Notes under the pieces: generated by a model
What the model was told of the DNA's origin: nothing
The model's database searches: none
Seen by the model: only the letters and a program-made list of their open reading frames with translations
Program-made: the position numbers and the translations under genes
Assembly (NCBI GenBank): GCA_963803805.1
Contig: CAWDOD010000002.1
Span: 96,001-160,000 of the forward strand
Length of the DNA: 64,000 nucleotides
Direction of reading: 5' to 3'
DNA from: an uncultured cyanobacterium
Lineage (GTDB): Bacteria > Cyanobacteriota > Cyanobacteriia > Cyanobacteriales > CAWCAG01
Shown here: positions 36,895 to 48,429 of the stretch, one piece after another
Position numbering within the stretch: position 1 is the first letter of the stretch
Layout: each line of letters opens with the position of its first letter

Positions 36895-38544
36895 TTAACT
36901 AAGAGATAACCCTACTACTTGATAAACTTTTTGTTCCTCGAATAACTTAACTAAGTGAGGATTAAGATGATAACTATCTGCTTCTTGGTGCAAAATATCT
37001 AGGGCAACATCTACTGGAAAAGCTGATTTGTAGGGACGCTCTCCTGTTAGGGCATCAAAAACATCTGCAATAGATAGTATCTGAGTTTCAAGGGGAATAT
37101 CCTTTTGAGTTAACCCTTGAGGATAACCTGTACCATCTAGTCTTTCGTGGTGTTTGTGGGCAATTTCAGGAATATCTTGGAAGTATTTTGTCCAAGGAAT
37201 ACGCTTAAGAAATTCATAGGAATGGGTGACATGGGCTTCAATAGCAGAACGTTCTTTGCTGGTTAAATTTCCCTTGGCTACAACTAATTGTTCTACTTCT
37301 AGATCTGTAAGTAAAGGCTTAAGCTGACCATCAATATCTTTATATTGATAGTTAGCAATGGTGGTAAGTTGCTGTAAGTTTTCTGGAGAAAGTGCAGAAA
37401 ATTTTTTCTGTTTTAATTGATTTGGTTCGTTGATATTTTTGATTAATTGCCAGTAGTTATTGAGTTGACTGATTTCTTGCTGTAGTTGTTGTTGCCAAAC
37501 TGTTAGTTGAGTGGCAAATTCTTCTTCTACCAGGGGGCAATTGTTGAGGAGATATTGGACTTTTTTTTCTGCATACTCCATCTCCAAAGTACGTTTAGCT
37601 AACGAGAAACGCTGGCTAATTAACTCTAGTTGATGGGGATAAAGTTTATGGGCTTTATTTAAGATTGCTTCTGGTACAGCTATTTTACCAAAGTCGTGAA
37701 GAATGGCAGCATAGCGAATTTCTTGAAGCTTGCGATCGCTAAATTTTACTTCTTTCAGGGGGCCTATGGCAACTTTGTTAACTTCTTCACTCAAACGCAG
37801 AGATAATTCTGCAACTCTTTCTGAATGGCCAAATGTACTGGAATCCCTTGCTTCAACAGCTTGTATAGAGGCTTTTACAAAGTCTTCAAAAAGGTTTTCA
37901 ATACTTTCTTGCAGGAGACTACGTTCAATGGATATAGCTGCTTGGCAAGCGAGGGAACTTAAAATGCGTTCTTCGCGATCCGAATAAGGCTTAGTAACTT
38001 TGCCGGCATTTTCTGGAGTTACGACGGCATCATGTCTGGTTTTACGATTGAGCAGTTGTACAACACCAATTACTTCCCCTTGTTGGTCTTGCATTGGTAA
38101 TACTAGTACCGAGCGAGTATAGTAGGAAAAATCGCGATCAAAACTACTATCTAATTGATAGGGTACACGCTTAGGTAAGTCATGGGCATCAGGTATATTC
38201 AAGCTTTCTCCTGTTAGGGCAACATAACCGGCTAAACTCTGCATGGTTAAAGGCATAGCAAATTCTCGGAAAGAAGCCTGAGCCAGGGAATCATTCTGTG
38301 CTACTTTGAAAATAAGTTTAGGTATGGCATCACTTTTATTGATTAAATAAACACTACCTGCATCACTCCAAGTAATCTCTCGCATTTTAAAGAGGATTAG
38401 ATTTAATAATTCTCCCAATTCATGGGTACTAGAAAGGGCTGTGCTAATTGCTAAAAGCTTTTCAATAAGTTCAACTTTTTCTGTAGATGGATTATAGAAA
38501 TCCTGAGTTTCAAAGGTTAAGCTTGGGGAGTGAGATGCTTTCAT
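36895..38544 (-). CDS. GAF plus HD-GYP phosphohydrolase (probable c-di-GMP phosphodiesterase)
   Basis: GAF domain; GHSERVA, HDFGK, HHERLDGTGYP, ADVFDAL, RPYK. Confidence 0.9.
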   Translation of the reverse strand: MKASHSPSLTFETQDFYNPSTEKVELIEKLLAISTALSSTHELGELLNLILFKMREITWSDAGSVYLINKSDAIPKLIFKVAQNDSLAQASFREFAMPLTMQSLAGYVALTGESLNIPDAHDLPKRVPYQLDSSFDRDFSYYTRSVLVLPMQDQQGEVIGVVQLLNRKTRHDAVVTPENAGKVTKPYSDREERILSSLACQAAISIERSLLQESIENLFEDFVKASIQAVEARDSSTFGHSERVAELSLRLSEEVNKVAIGPLKEVKFSDRKLQEIRYAAILHDFGKIAVPEAILNKAHKLYPHQLELISQRFSLAKRTLEMEYAEKKVQYLLNNCPLVEEEFATQLTVWQQQLQQEISQLNNYWQLIKNINEPNQLKQKKFSALSPENLQQLTTIANYQYKDIDGQLKPLLTDLEVEQLVVAKGNLTSKERSAIEAHVTHSYEFLKRIPWTKYFQDIPEIAHKHHERLDGTGYPQGLTQKDIPLETQILSIADVFDALTGERPYKSAFPVDVALDILHQEADSYHLNPHLVKLFEEQKVYQVVGLSLS

Positions 38545-39002
38545 AACTTTCGATACACCAAGGTAAGAGGCTTTTAGAGATTTACTGGTTAGGCTGGTTG
38601 TACTTTTGTATCAGTGATTTATTTTCCCTGTCTAGAAATTTTGTTCCAGCCGGTGAGTAATTTATTAAGGTTAAGTTCAGTGGCCCAATTTAGCTACGCG
38701 CAACTATTTTAGAGCAACTTACTTTAACTTTTGGGTTTAAATTTGAATTCATAACTATGAGTATATTACTGAGTAATAGTTATTACCAATACAGAGATTT
38801 TACTAGTTTAATCCCTAAACTGACTTTCCCCTAGTCAAATAAGTTACAAATTACCTGTTATGGAGACTGGGGTGACAAGGTGACTGGGAGAAGTAATAAG
38901 TAATAAGTTTAAGTTCAGGATTCGCTGTAGCCTAATGGCGACGCTACATAAACCCTATTCCCTTATTAATAATCAATGATCAATGTTTAATGATAAGTGG
39001 TA

Positions 39003-39886
39003 TTAACCAATCACCCACAAAACTAAAGGTAGGGTGACAAAACTCATCATGGTTGAAACAATAATTGTTCTCGCCACACGAGGGGGATCTCCCCAAATTC
39101 AGTTACCCAAACTAAGGTATTAACTGCTGTGGGCATAGCCCCTTGCATGACTAAAATCTGTAAATCTAATCCTGTTAAGCCCAAGGTACTACCCACACCA
39201 TAGGCGATCGCCGGGGCAAGGAACAAACGCATAGTTGCAGCAAATAGTTCGTATCTTCCCATACGAAAAGGAGTTTGTGCTAATTGTATTCCTAAAATGA
39301 TTAAGGCGATAGGAATCGAAGCGTTGCCCAGCATTTCCAAGCTTTCAGATAAGCTGAAGGGAAGTTTAATTTCAAATATACGTAAATATAATCCCCCTAA
39401 CATTGCCCATAACAAAGGGAGTTTGAGGGTTAGTTTAATTCCTGTTAATAGTCCTTCTCCTTTTAATAAGGCAGGGGCAATTGAAGCCATTGTTATAGAA
39501 GCTGCAATGAGGTAAACGATCGCCCTTTCTAATCCTTGCTCTCCAAAGGCAAAGGTGATAATAGGTAATCCCATGTTACCGTTGTTAGAAAAAAGAGTTG
39601 TGGCAATCAGGCTTTTTTGAATTGGGGGCGGAAATTTGAGTAGTTTAGCGGTGGCAAAAGTAATTAAATAAAGCAGCACAATAGTTATTAAATAACTTAC
39701 TATTAACCCGCTAGCACTTTGGGCTGATAGCTTTGTACTATATAAACTTGCTGCGATTAAGGCAGGAACTAAAAGATAAATGGTTAGTTGAGAGAGGGTT
39801 TGACGTTCCAGGCTTAGTGTACGCCCTGCAATGAAACCAATGAAAATAATTAAGCTAACAGATGCGATCGCCGGGAGTAAATTCAA
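39003..39886 (-). CDS. AEC family membrane transporter, one base missing near the C-terminus
   Basis: NNGNMGLP, MPTAVN. Adding a G to the run at 39091-39094 gives EFGGDPPRVARTIIVSTMMSFVTLPLVLWVIG* ending at 39003. Confidence 0.87.
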
Positions 39887-39925
39887 TTTTTTTAGTGTTT
39901 GTTTATTGCAAGGAGATTATTTTTA

Positions 39926-41157
39926 TTACTTTATCTCCCTTCCCCTCAAGCCTGTCATTAATTGCAAGGCATATACCCGTAAAGGAGGAATATTGTTTAG
40001 CAACCACAAACCGATACGGCGAGAAGCAACGATGGGAGGAAAGTTATTAGAAAAGAGTCGATCTAATAAGTCAGTGAAACCCAAGATTACTAAGTTTTCC
40101 TTTTTTCGCCAACTTTCATAATTTTTCAGAACCCGCAGATTGCCAATATCTAATCCCTTAGCATCAGCTTCTTGCAATACTTGGGCTAAGGCAGCAGCAT
40201 CACGGATACCTAAATTTAATCCCTGTCCTCCTACGGGATGGCAACAATGGGCAGCATCACCAATTAAGGCGAGTCGAGGTTTGATATAGCGATCGCTTTG
40301 CATCAACTGCACAGGAAAAACGAACCGTTCCCCTGCCATTTCTAATTTACCTAAAAGTCCTCCGGTATATTTTTCTAACCGGGCGAGGAAGTCTTTTTCT
40401 GGTAACTCCTTTAAAGCTTGGGCTTCGGCATGGGGGTTTGTCCAAACTACTTGGCAACGGTTTCCTGGTAAAGGTAGTACTCCCATGGGTCCTGTGGCCA
40501 AAAACGCTCAAAAGCGGTATCATTCTGAGGGGCTTGGTGTTTAATGGTGGTAGCGACGCATGACTGCCAGTATTTCCAACCCTTGGTTCTAATACCCGCA
40601 TCCTTTCTAACTTGCGATCGCCCCCCATCTGCACCAACAATTAATTTAGTCTGGAGTTGTTGCTTTTCCCCGGCAATTTCTACCTCAACTTCTACCCTCA
40701 TATTTTCATAACTAACTCCTACCACCGAAGCGGGGCATAGCCAATTAATATTTTCCGACTCAGCAATTAATTGTTGTAAAACCGCAATTATAGCCCGGTG
40801 TTCAGCCACAAAACCCAGGTTATTTGTTCCCAAATCCTTTAAGCCAAATTCAACAATGGTATCGTAATCGGCATCAGAAAGACGAATTTGCTTAAAACTA
40901 GCAATTTGGGGCAGCATTTTATCCCAGACTTCAAGTTGCTGATAAATGCGACTAGAAAGCAAAGAAACTGCATAGGCTTGTTTTCTTGCTGCGGCTACTG
41001 CTAAGGGTTGACTTTCAATAATAATTACTTTCAAGCCAGAATCCTTTAAGCTACAAGCAAGAGTCGCCCCAGCAATACCACCACCAACAATTACTAAATC
41101 ACAGTCATAGCCAGAAGTTAAGGGAGAAACAGAAGGTTTGATCTGGGCTAAGGTCAT
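39926..41157 (-). CDS. UbiH/VisC family FAD-dependent hydroxylase, one base missing
   Basis: GGGIAG, GADG, GDAAHCCHPVGGQGLNLG. Adding a C near 40497 restores ERFWPTGPMGVLP. Confidence 0.88.
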
Positions 41158-41364
41158 TGTCTGCTTTTTTAAGAAAGGAATCTAAATGTATACTTTCTTT
41201 AATTGTGACCCTAAACTCTAGTACAAGCAAGATGGGCAACCCAATTTAAACCCTGGCTTATCGATCATACTATTATAAGGATCTGTAAAGTTGGGATTTG
41301 TTATGATAACTGATGCCTAACGGCAACAGCAAGCTGTAGATTGATCATTGATCATTAATAACTG

Positions 41365-42182
41365 ATGTGGCATGGCATCCTTAACTTAACCTACGCTAAC
41401 AACGAAAGTGGTACAAAGATAACCAATTCTTTTACCCAAGCCCCTTTTAAAATCCAGAGTCCTTTTTATCCTGAAGGTAAAGAAGTTTGTCATAGCCTGA
41501 TTTTACATACTGCTGGGGGTATGGTGGGTGGAGATAAACTTTCCCAAAATCTTAACCTGCAACCTCACTCCTGTAGTTTAATAACCACCACCGCAGCAAG
41601 TAAGGTTTATCGCAGCAATGGGAAAAAAGCCAAACAAGATATTAATATTCATCTTCATCAAGGTAGTTGCCTAGAATTTTTCCCCAAGAAACAATTGTCT
41701 TTAATGGTGCTGTTTATCAACAAAGTCTGCGGTTAGAATTAGCCCCGGATGCTAATTGGTTAGGTTGGGAAATAACCCGTTTCGGACGCTCTGCCAGGGG
41801 AGAAAAGTTTTTGCAAGGGGAATGGCGTTCTTATACTGAAGTTTGGCAACAAGGAAAACCTTTATGGATTGATCGGCAATGGTTGCCAGGGGGAGAAACA
41901 AGTTTCCATCATCCCCATAGTTTAGCAGGAAAACCGGTGGTAGGGACTTTAAGTTGGCTCGGTAAACCTGTTGATACCGAGATTGTTGCCCAAGCTAGAA
42001 ATCTTTGGCAGCAAGGGCAATATCAAGGGGAAGCCGGGGTTACTCAACTTATTTGCGGATTATTATGTCGCTACCGTGGTGATTCGACCTCAGAAGTGAG
42101 AAACTGGTTCACAGAAGTTTGGCAATTATTACGGCCAATTTACCTTAACAAAGCTGCTATGAAGCCAAGGGTTTGGCTTTGA
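41365..42182 (+). CDS. ureD: Urease accessory protein UreD, one base missing
   Basis: HTAGGMVGGD, TTTAASKVY, FGRSARGE. Adding a base at 41677-41685 restores LEFFPQETIVF. Confidence 0.9.
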
Positions 42183-42213
42183 GCAACTTTAACTACCTAT
42201 GGAGAATTAATCT

Positions 42214-42516
42214 ATGCAACTATCCCCCCAAGAGAAAGATAAGCTGTTAATTTTCACCGCAGCTTTAGTTGCCGAAAGGCGCAAAGAAAAAGGTTTAAAA
42301 CTAAATCATCCTGAATCTGTTGCCTACATTTCTGCGGCTATTATGGAAGGGGCAAGGGAAGGGCGTAGTGTGGCGGAGTTGATGAGTTATGGTACAACTC
42401 TACTGAGAAAAGATGAGGTGATGGAAGGTATAGCAGAGATGATTCACGAAGTTCAAGTAGAAGCAACTTTTCCTGATGGAACAAAGTTGGTTACGGTACA
42501 TGAGCCGATTAAGTAA
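42214..42516 (+). CDS. ureA: Urease gamma subunit
   Basis: [26 protein letters not shown]. Confidence 0.98.
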   Translation: MQLSPQEKDKLLIFTAALVAERRKEKGLKLNHPESVAYISAAIMEGAREGRSVAELMSYGTTLLRKDEVMEGIAEMIHEVQVEATFPDGTKLVTVHEPIK

Positions 42517-42533
42517 TTAATAATTAAAAAATT

Positions 42534-42851
42534 ATGATTCCAGGTGAGATGATTGTTGGCGAGGGGAAAATTGAGTTAAATGTAGGTCGTCCTACTTTAA
42601 CAATTCAGGTCGCCAATACAGGCGATCGCCCAATTCAAGTTGGTTCTCATTTCCACTTTTATGAGGTTAATTCCGCCCTCAATTTTGAGAGGGAAACAAC
42701 CAAAGGAATGCGTTTAAATATACCTGCTGGTACGGCAGTAAGATTTGAACCAGGGGATGAAAAAGAGGTAGAATTAGTTGCTTTTGCTGGTAGCAGAGAA
42801 GTTTATGGTTTGAATGGTTTAATTGATGGAAAACTAGAGATTTCTGTTTAA
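42534..42851 (+). CDS. ureB: Urease beta subunit
   Basis: [30 protein letters not shown]. Confidence 0.98.
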   Translation: MIPGEMIVGEGKIELNVGRPTLTIQVANTGDRPIQVGSHFHFYEVNSALNFERETTKGMRLNIPAGTAVRFEPGDEKEVELVAFAGSREVYGLNGLIDGKLEISV

Positions 42852-42860
42852 GAATCATTA

Positions 42861-42951
42861 CCAGGAAATCAATTTCCTGGCTTAAACAACAAGTCCGTTG
42901 AAACAGACTTAACATAATTTAGACAGAGAATTAATCATTAATTCTCTGTCT
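42861..42951. repeat. REP-like cluster of three palindromes
   Basis: CCAGGAAAT-CA-ATTTCCTGG; AAGTCCGTT..AACAGACTT; AGACAGAGAATTAAT-C-ATTAATTCTCTGTCT. Confidence 0.65.
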
Positions 42952-43027
42952 TTGTCTCCGTCTCTGTTTTTTGGTAATTCCTGTATTTTTAATACAATAT
43001 ATTTGTATCTCATAAAATATATACTAT

Positions 43028-43705
43028 ATGCTCAAAAGAATTGCTTTAATTTGTTTATTCCTTACTTTAGGAATTCTCGGATTCTTTTACTATTATTGGA
43101 GTCAGTTTACTAAAATTCCTCAATGGTATAGCGAAGAAGAGAAAAATGTAATTTCGACGGATAATCCTAATACTATTCAAGCTAATCAACAACAAGTGCA
43201 ACGCAAAATTGCTAGTCAAGTTCAACCTCAAGTTGGTAATGGAGAAATTGAAGTTAAATTAGACCAAGAAGATATAAATGAACTTTTAGTTGCTAACATT
43301 GCTAAGAATCAAAAAGGCAGCGCTTTATTACAAACAACTAAAGGGGTAAAAACCACTATTAAAGACGATTCTGTGGAAATTGGTGCGGTGGTTAATACGA
43401 CTGAACTTAGTGACCAAGAAACAAAAATTGAGCAAGCGATTGAGAAGTTTCCTTTGCTTAAAGATCGTGATATTTATGTAGCAATTGCAGGTCAGCCTAC
43501 AGTAGTTAATGGGGAACTACAGTTTAATGAAAATACTTTAATCAAAGTAGGTAATATCACTATGACAGTTGCTGATGCTGCCCAGAGATTAGGAGTTCCT
43601 CCAGAAAAACTTCTACAAAATCTAACTGTTAAATCAGAATTAATTCAGGTTCAGGATATTGAAATCGCTGATGAAGAAATCATCTTTAAAGGTAATAGAA
43701 AATGA
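43028..43705 (+). CDS. Membrane-anchored hypothetical protein
   Basis: N-terminal TM helix; 225-aa clean ORF. Confidence 0.75.
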   Translation: MLKRIALICLFLTLGILGFFYYYWSQFTKIPQWYSEEEKNVISTDNPNTIQANQQQVQRKIASQVQPQVGNGEIEVKLDQEDINELLVANIAKNQKGSALLQTTKGVKTTIKDDSVEIGAVVNTTELSDQETKIEQAIEKFPLLKDRDIYVAIAGQPTVVNGELQFNENTLIKVGNITMTVADAAQRLGVPPEKLLQNLTVKSELIQVQDIEIADEEIIFKGNRK

Positions 43706-43798
43706 GCAATATTAAAACTTACGCAATTAAATAGAAAATCAATAGTTCTATATCTAAGCAATGGGGAAAAGAGGGTTACAGAGGCTGAGTATGTAAAT

Positions 43799-43942
43799 GG
43801 GAGCATCTCAAATTGGTAAATACAGGCTTTAGCCGTCAACTTGATATTAGCTTCACTAAAGCAGCAAGAAATGTATTCTTAAAGCTAACAGCTAATAGCT
43901 AACTTCACAGACAAACTATTTCTGCAAAACTGAGATGCTCCC
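43799..43942. mobile_element. 144-bp MITE with 12-bp perfect TIRs and a 9-bp target site duplication
   Basis: GGGAGCATCTCA (43799-43810) / TGAGATGCTCCC (43931-43942), flanked by TATGTAAAT at 43790-43798 and 43943-43951. Confidence 0.92.
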
Positions 43943-43971
43943 TATGTAAATCCTGATTATTAGACATGAAA

Positions 43972-44266
43972 TCAGACCATACCAGCATTAAAAATCTGCT
44001 TTGCAGTTAAACTTAATTCAGGAAAAGTTTGAGAAACAATTCGCTCATTATCTTGAAATTGATTAATTTGATATTCTTCCTCAATGACGTTTGATTTCTA
44101 CAGGAATTTTGATACCAAGAAAGCTAGTAACTTCTTCATGTTCCCCGACTGGTTGTGCCATTTCGATAATATTGCCATTATGTAGTTTGTAGCGTATCCC
44201 AGAATTTTCAGGTAGCCAACGGACAAATTCTTCAAAGGTTATTAGTTTGGGTAAAGCTTGAATCAT
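43972..44266 (-). pseudogene. Uma2/DUF820 endonuclease-like gene with internal deletion
   Basis: N-terminus LITFEEF..RYKLHNGNIIEM is joined out of frame to the C-terminus EEYQINQFQDNERIVSQTFPELSLTAKQIF; the catalytic core is absent. Confidence 0.85.
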
Positions 44267-44424
44267 ACTAAAACAAGGAGCAGGGACTATGCAGCAAGGT
44301 TCTGCTTATTTGAGCATACTCCAGTAACCAGATGGGTTCATCACACCACTATTTCAGACCAAAAGAATAACATTTTGCTAGACTCAAAGATAAAGCTACA
44401 TCTTTAATTTAAGCGAAAATATTT

Positions 44425-45897
44425 ATGGCTCCAACCACATTACTTTTATCCAAAGAACTTCCTAAACTTAGCTACGACTTCACCACAGATAAATTTGACC
44501 AAACTTGGGAAGCCCCCCTCGCTACTCTGTTAGGATTAGGTCGTGCTGCCGGTGCAGATTTTGTGGAATTTTTCTTAGAACGGGTTAATTATATTAGCTG
44601 TTTAGCAGAAGATGAAAAAATTACCAGTATAAGCCCCAGACTCTCTACTGGTGCAGGTGTTAGGCTTTTTCGTGGTACGGCAGATTGTTATGTGAGTACT
44701 AATGATGTTTCCTTTTCTGGTTTAAAAGCGATTTTAGAAAAAGGACTTTCTATCTTAGGTTTGCAACTTCCTGCCCCTAATGCCAGTATTCCCGAAATTA
44801 ACTTAGAACTATTCCGAGATTACGCTACCGTAGGTAATAAGGATGGTTGGTTAACCCAATGTAGTTCCATTCGAGAAATGGGAGAAGTGCTATTAGATGC
44901 TAATGCCGCCCTGCAAAAAAAAGCTTCTCACCTGCAATCTCGCCAAGGTCAGTATTTTCGAGATTGGCAAGAGGTAATGGTAGCTTCAAGCGATGGCACT
45001 TTTGCTAGGGATATTCGCTTAACTCAATCTATCGGTATCAATGTCCTCTGTGCAGATGGGGCTAACCGTACTTCTAACGCTTTACGGGATGGGGACACTA
45101 GCAACCCTGCTTTCCTTCGTAACTGGGATTATCAATCATCCACCACAGAGTTGGCAGAAAGTGCCGGGAAAATGCTCTACGCCGATTATGTAGAAGCAGG
45201 AACCTACCCAATTATTATGGCTAATAAATTTGGTGGTGTCATCTTCCACGAAGCCTGTGGCCACCTTTTGGAAACTACCCAAATTGAACGAAAAACCACT
45301 CCCTTCATAGATAAAAAAGGTGAAAAAATTGCCCACGAAAGCTTAACTGCTTGGGATGAAGGACGTAGTGATAATGCCTTTGGTACAATTGATATGGATG
45401 ATGAAGGGATGCCTGCCCAACGCACCTTGTTAATTGAAAATGGTATCCTGAAAAACTTCTTAGCAGATCGGGCAGGTTCAGTGCGTACCGGGCATCCTCG
45501 TACTGGAAGTGGTCGTCGTCAAAATTATACCTTTGGGGCTGCATCAAGGATGCGTAATACCTACATTGCCCCAGGAAGTTACTCCGTAGATGACTTATTT
45601 GCTTCTGTGGATAAGGGTATTTATTGTAAGAAAATGGGGGGCGGCAGTGTTGGCCCCACGGGAGAATTTAACTTCGGTGTCGAAGAAGCTTATTTAATTG
45701 AAAATGGCAAAATAACCAAACCCCTCAAAGGAGCCATACTCATCGGTGAAGCAAAAGATATTATGAATCGCATTTCCATGTGTTCGGATGATTTAGGACT
45801 TGCTGCGGGCTTCTGTGGCTCTATTAGTGGCAGCATTTACGTTACTGTAGGGCAGCCTCATCTTAAGGTTGATTCTATTACTGTAGGGGGGAGGTAG
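44425..45897 (+). CDS. tldD: TldD metalloprotease subunit
   Basis: FHEACGH, DDEG, RMRNTYI, GFCG..GQP. Confidence 0.92.
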   Translation: MAPTTLLLSKELPKLSYDFTTDKFDQTWEAPLATLLGLGRAAGADFVEFFLERVNYISCLAEDEKITSISPRLSTGAGVRLFRGTADCYVSTNDVSFSGLKAILEKGLSILGLQLPAPNASIPEINLELFRDYATVGNKDGWLTQCSSIREMGEVLLDANAALQKKASHLQSRQGQYFRDWQEVMVASSDGTFARDIRLTQSIGINVLCADGANRTSNALRDGDTSNPAFLRNWDYQSSTTELAESAGKMLYADYVEAGTYPIIMANKFGGVIFHEACGHLLETTQIERKTTPFIDKKGEKIAHESLTAWDEGRSDNAFGTIDMDDEGMPAQRTLLIENGILKNFLADRAGSVRTGHPRTGSGRRQNYTFGAASRMRNTYIAPGSYSVDDLFASVDKGIYCKKMGGGSVGPTGEFNFGVEEAYLIENGKITKPLKGAILIGEAKDIMNRISMCSDDLGLAAGFCGSISGSIYVTVGQPHLKVDSITVGGR

Positions 45898-46111
45898 TCG
45901 TTGGCTTTGTTGGGGAGATGGGGAAGTAATAAGTAATAAGTGAAGAATTTGCTTTTTCTCCCCAACTTCTGACTCTTTCGTGTCTACTCTGTTACCCGTT
46001 GAAAGTGATACCAAAGCTGCAAAGTCAAAGTTATAAGTTTGTCACCCTATCTCAACTCCTAGGAAATTAACCACCTATTACCCATTACCTATTACCTTTT
46101 ACCTAATAAAA

Positions 46112-47454
46112 ATGACTGCAATTAAAGAAATAGCTGACTACGCCCAAACCAGTGCCAAGCAACTAGGCATCAAAAAATACGATATTTATGGTTCCACCGT
46201 TGATCAAACTAGTGTCCAAGTAGATGAAGGTAAACCTAAGCAAGTTAAGGCTTCTAATCGTTCTAGTGTCATTGTCCGGGTTTGGAACGAAAAAAATACG
46301 ATGGGAGTAACCTCTACCACCGATGTTGATCCTAGAGGTATTGAATTAGCTTTGCAAACAGCCCAGGAAGCAAGTTATTTCGGGGTAACAGAAAATGTAC
46401 CAGATTTTAGCCCTGAAGCTAAAGCTGACACTACTGATGTGGAAAGTAGCAAAGCTGAACAAGCCCCCGTTTCTCAGTTAATTGACCAGTTAGTCAAATT
46501 AGAAAAAGAATTAGTTAATGCCCATCCTGCTATTAAACAAGTACCCTACAACGGCTTAAGTCAGCAGGATGTAGATCGCTTTTATTTAAACAGTGAAGGG
46601 GCATTGCGTAAAGAAGAACGTTCCTATGCGGCTGTTTATCTTTATACTACCACAGAAGAGGAAGGAAAAAAGCCTCGTAGTGCCGGAAGTTACAAAGTCA
46701 GTCGCAGCGTTGCTAAATTACCAGCGGATGATTGCTTACAAGAAGCCCTGCAAAAAACTATTAGCCATCTTGATTATCATAAAATCCCCACAGGTAAGTA
46801 TCGTGTTGTCTTCTCGGCAGAAGCCTTTCTGGGATTATTGGGAGCATTTTCCAATCTTTTTAATGCCCAAAGTGTACTCGACAATCGTAGTCTTGTCAAC
46901 TCCAGAATCTTTAGGTACTTTGATTGCTTCTCCTCTACTTTCGGTTAACGACGATCCTTTGCATCCGGAAAACGTAGCAGCGGAAACCTTTGATGGAGAA
47001 GGTACTCCTACTCGTTGTGTACCCTTAATTGACCAATGGGGTTTTAACTAACTTCCTCCACAGTGCAGGCACAGCAAAACGGATGAATACCCAACCCACA
47101 GGAAATGCTAATAGTGGGGCAAAAGTAACTGTTAGTCCCCATTACTACCATGTTTTCTGTGGAGAGGCAGCTACAGAAGAGTTTAGCTTGGAGACAGCCG
47201 AGAAGGTAGTTTTAATTGACGATTTAAGCGCCCTTCATGCCGGAGTTAACGCTTTGCAAGGTTCCTTTTCTTTACCTTTTGATGGTTGGTTAATTGAAAA
47301 AGGTAAACGTACTAGTATTGATTCTGCTACTATTGCTGGGGACTTTATGGAGTTGTTGCAAGCAATTGTTTATGTGGAAAAGGAACCAGAAGTTACTCCA
47401 GGTGGGGTTTGTCCTCGTGTTTGGGTAGATGATCTTTCGATTACTTGCGAGTAA
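46112..47454 (+). CDS. pmbA: TldE/PmbA subunit split by two single-base insertions
   Basis: Three consecutive frames with shifts near 46891 and 47032; FDGEG, TGNA, HAGVNALQGSFS; follows tldD. Confidence 0.87.
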
Positions 47455-47570
47455 CTTGGTGATGGGGTGATGGGGTGATAGGGAGATGGGGGGAAGAACA
47501 AGACAACTTAATTGGTATATTAATAATCCGCAAGTCCCTAAGCAAATTTAAGAGCAAAATAGGGGAACTG

Positions 47571-48224
47571 ATGAAGAAGAGAATTTATTTAACAACTATT
47601 GCAGCGATCGCGGTATCTGTCGCTGCTGTAGTCATTGCCAAGAACACAAATAATTCTACATCACAAAGTTCTGAAGAATCAGTTGCTAGCACTGAAATTA
47701 TTGAGGGCTTGCCCGTTACAAGAATACAAGGAGATATTGTTATACCAGAAGATATTGAGGAGATGATTGCAAGATCAGATATTATCGTAATTGGTAAACC
47801 AACACAATCAATCACCGAAAGTAAACCCATCGTTCGACGCGATTCTGAGGGTTATATTATTGAAGCATTCTCTCAAACTGAATTTGAAGTAGAACTTGCC
47901 ATCAAAGGTACGTCATCTTCTGACACACTATTAATTGGACAACAAGCAGCTATAGTTCAATACAAAAATAGTCCTAGAACTGTTCTCGAAGTATTTGAAG
48001 ATTACCAACCCTTAGTTCAAGATGCGAAATACCTTCTTTTCCTCAATAAAGGTTGGGGTGATAGTCTATTGTATTTTCCTGTAGGGGTTTATTACGGTAA
48101 ACTTAATATTGATGGTACAGACCAAGCTGAAAATCAAATAGAAAGAAGTCCACATTTCAAATCAATGCGAAAGGACGTAATGGAAAGATTTAAGCCGGTT
48201 ATAGACGAGGCTTTGCGTCAATGA
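47571..48224 (+). CDS. Exported hypothetical protein
   Basis: RBS AGGGG plus ATG at 47571; signal/anchor sequence; SDIIVIGK and KYLLFL segments. Confidence 0.7.
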   Translation: MKKRIYLTTIAAIAVSVAAVVIAKNTNNSTSQSSEESVASTEIIEGLPVTRIQGDIVIPEDIEEMIARSDIIVIGKPTQSITESKPIVRRDSEGYIIEAFSQTEFEVELAIKGTSSSDTLLIGQQAAIVQYKNSPRTVLEVFEDYQPLVQDAKYLLFLNKGWGDSLLYFPVGVYYGKLNIDGTDQAENQIERSPHFKSMRKDVMERFKPVIDEALRQ

Positions 48225-48429
48225 TTTTTCATTAAGCTGATTCACTACCTTAACTTCGGGATATTCCGTTCCCCCATCGATTTATCTGCTAATTCAGCAA
48301 CGCCAGCAGCAATCAAAAGCTCAATGAATTTTTTTACTTAGCAGGCGATCGCCACTCGTACCCCTGGCACAAAAGAGAGTTTTGGGCAATAATTTCTATT
48401 TATGGCTAATCTGGTATCAAATAAAAACT

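Noticed and set aside
42983-42995. NtcA box upstream of the 43028 gene
   Set aside because: Spacing is GTA-N7-TAC, not N8
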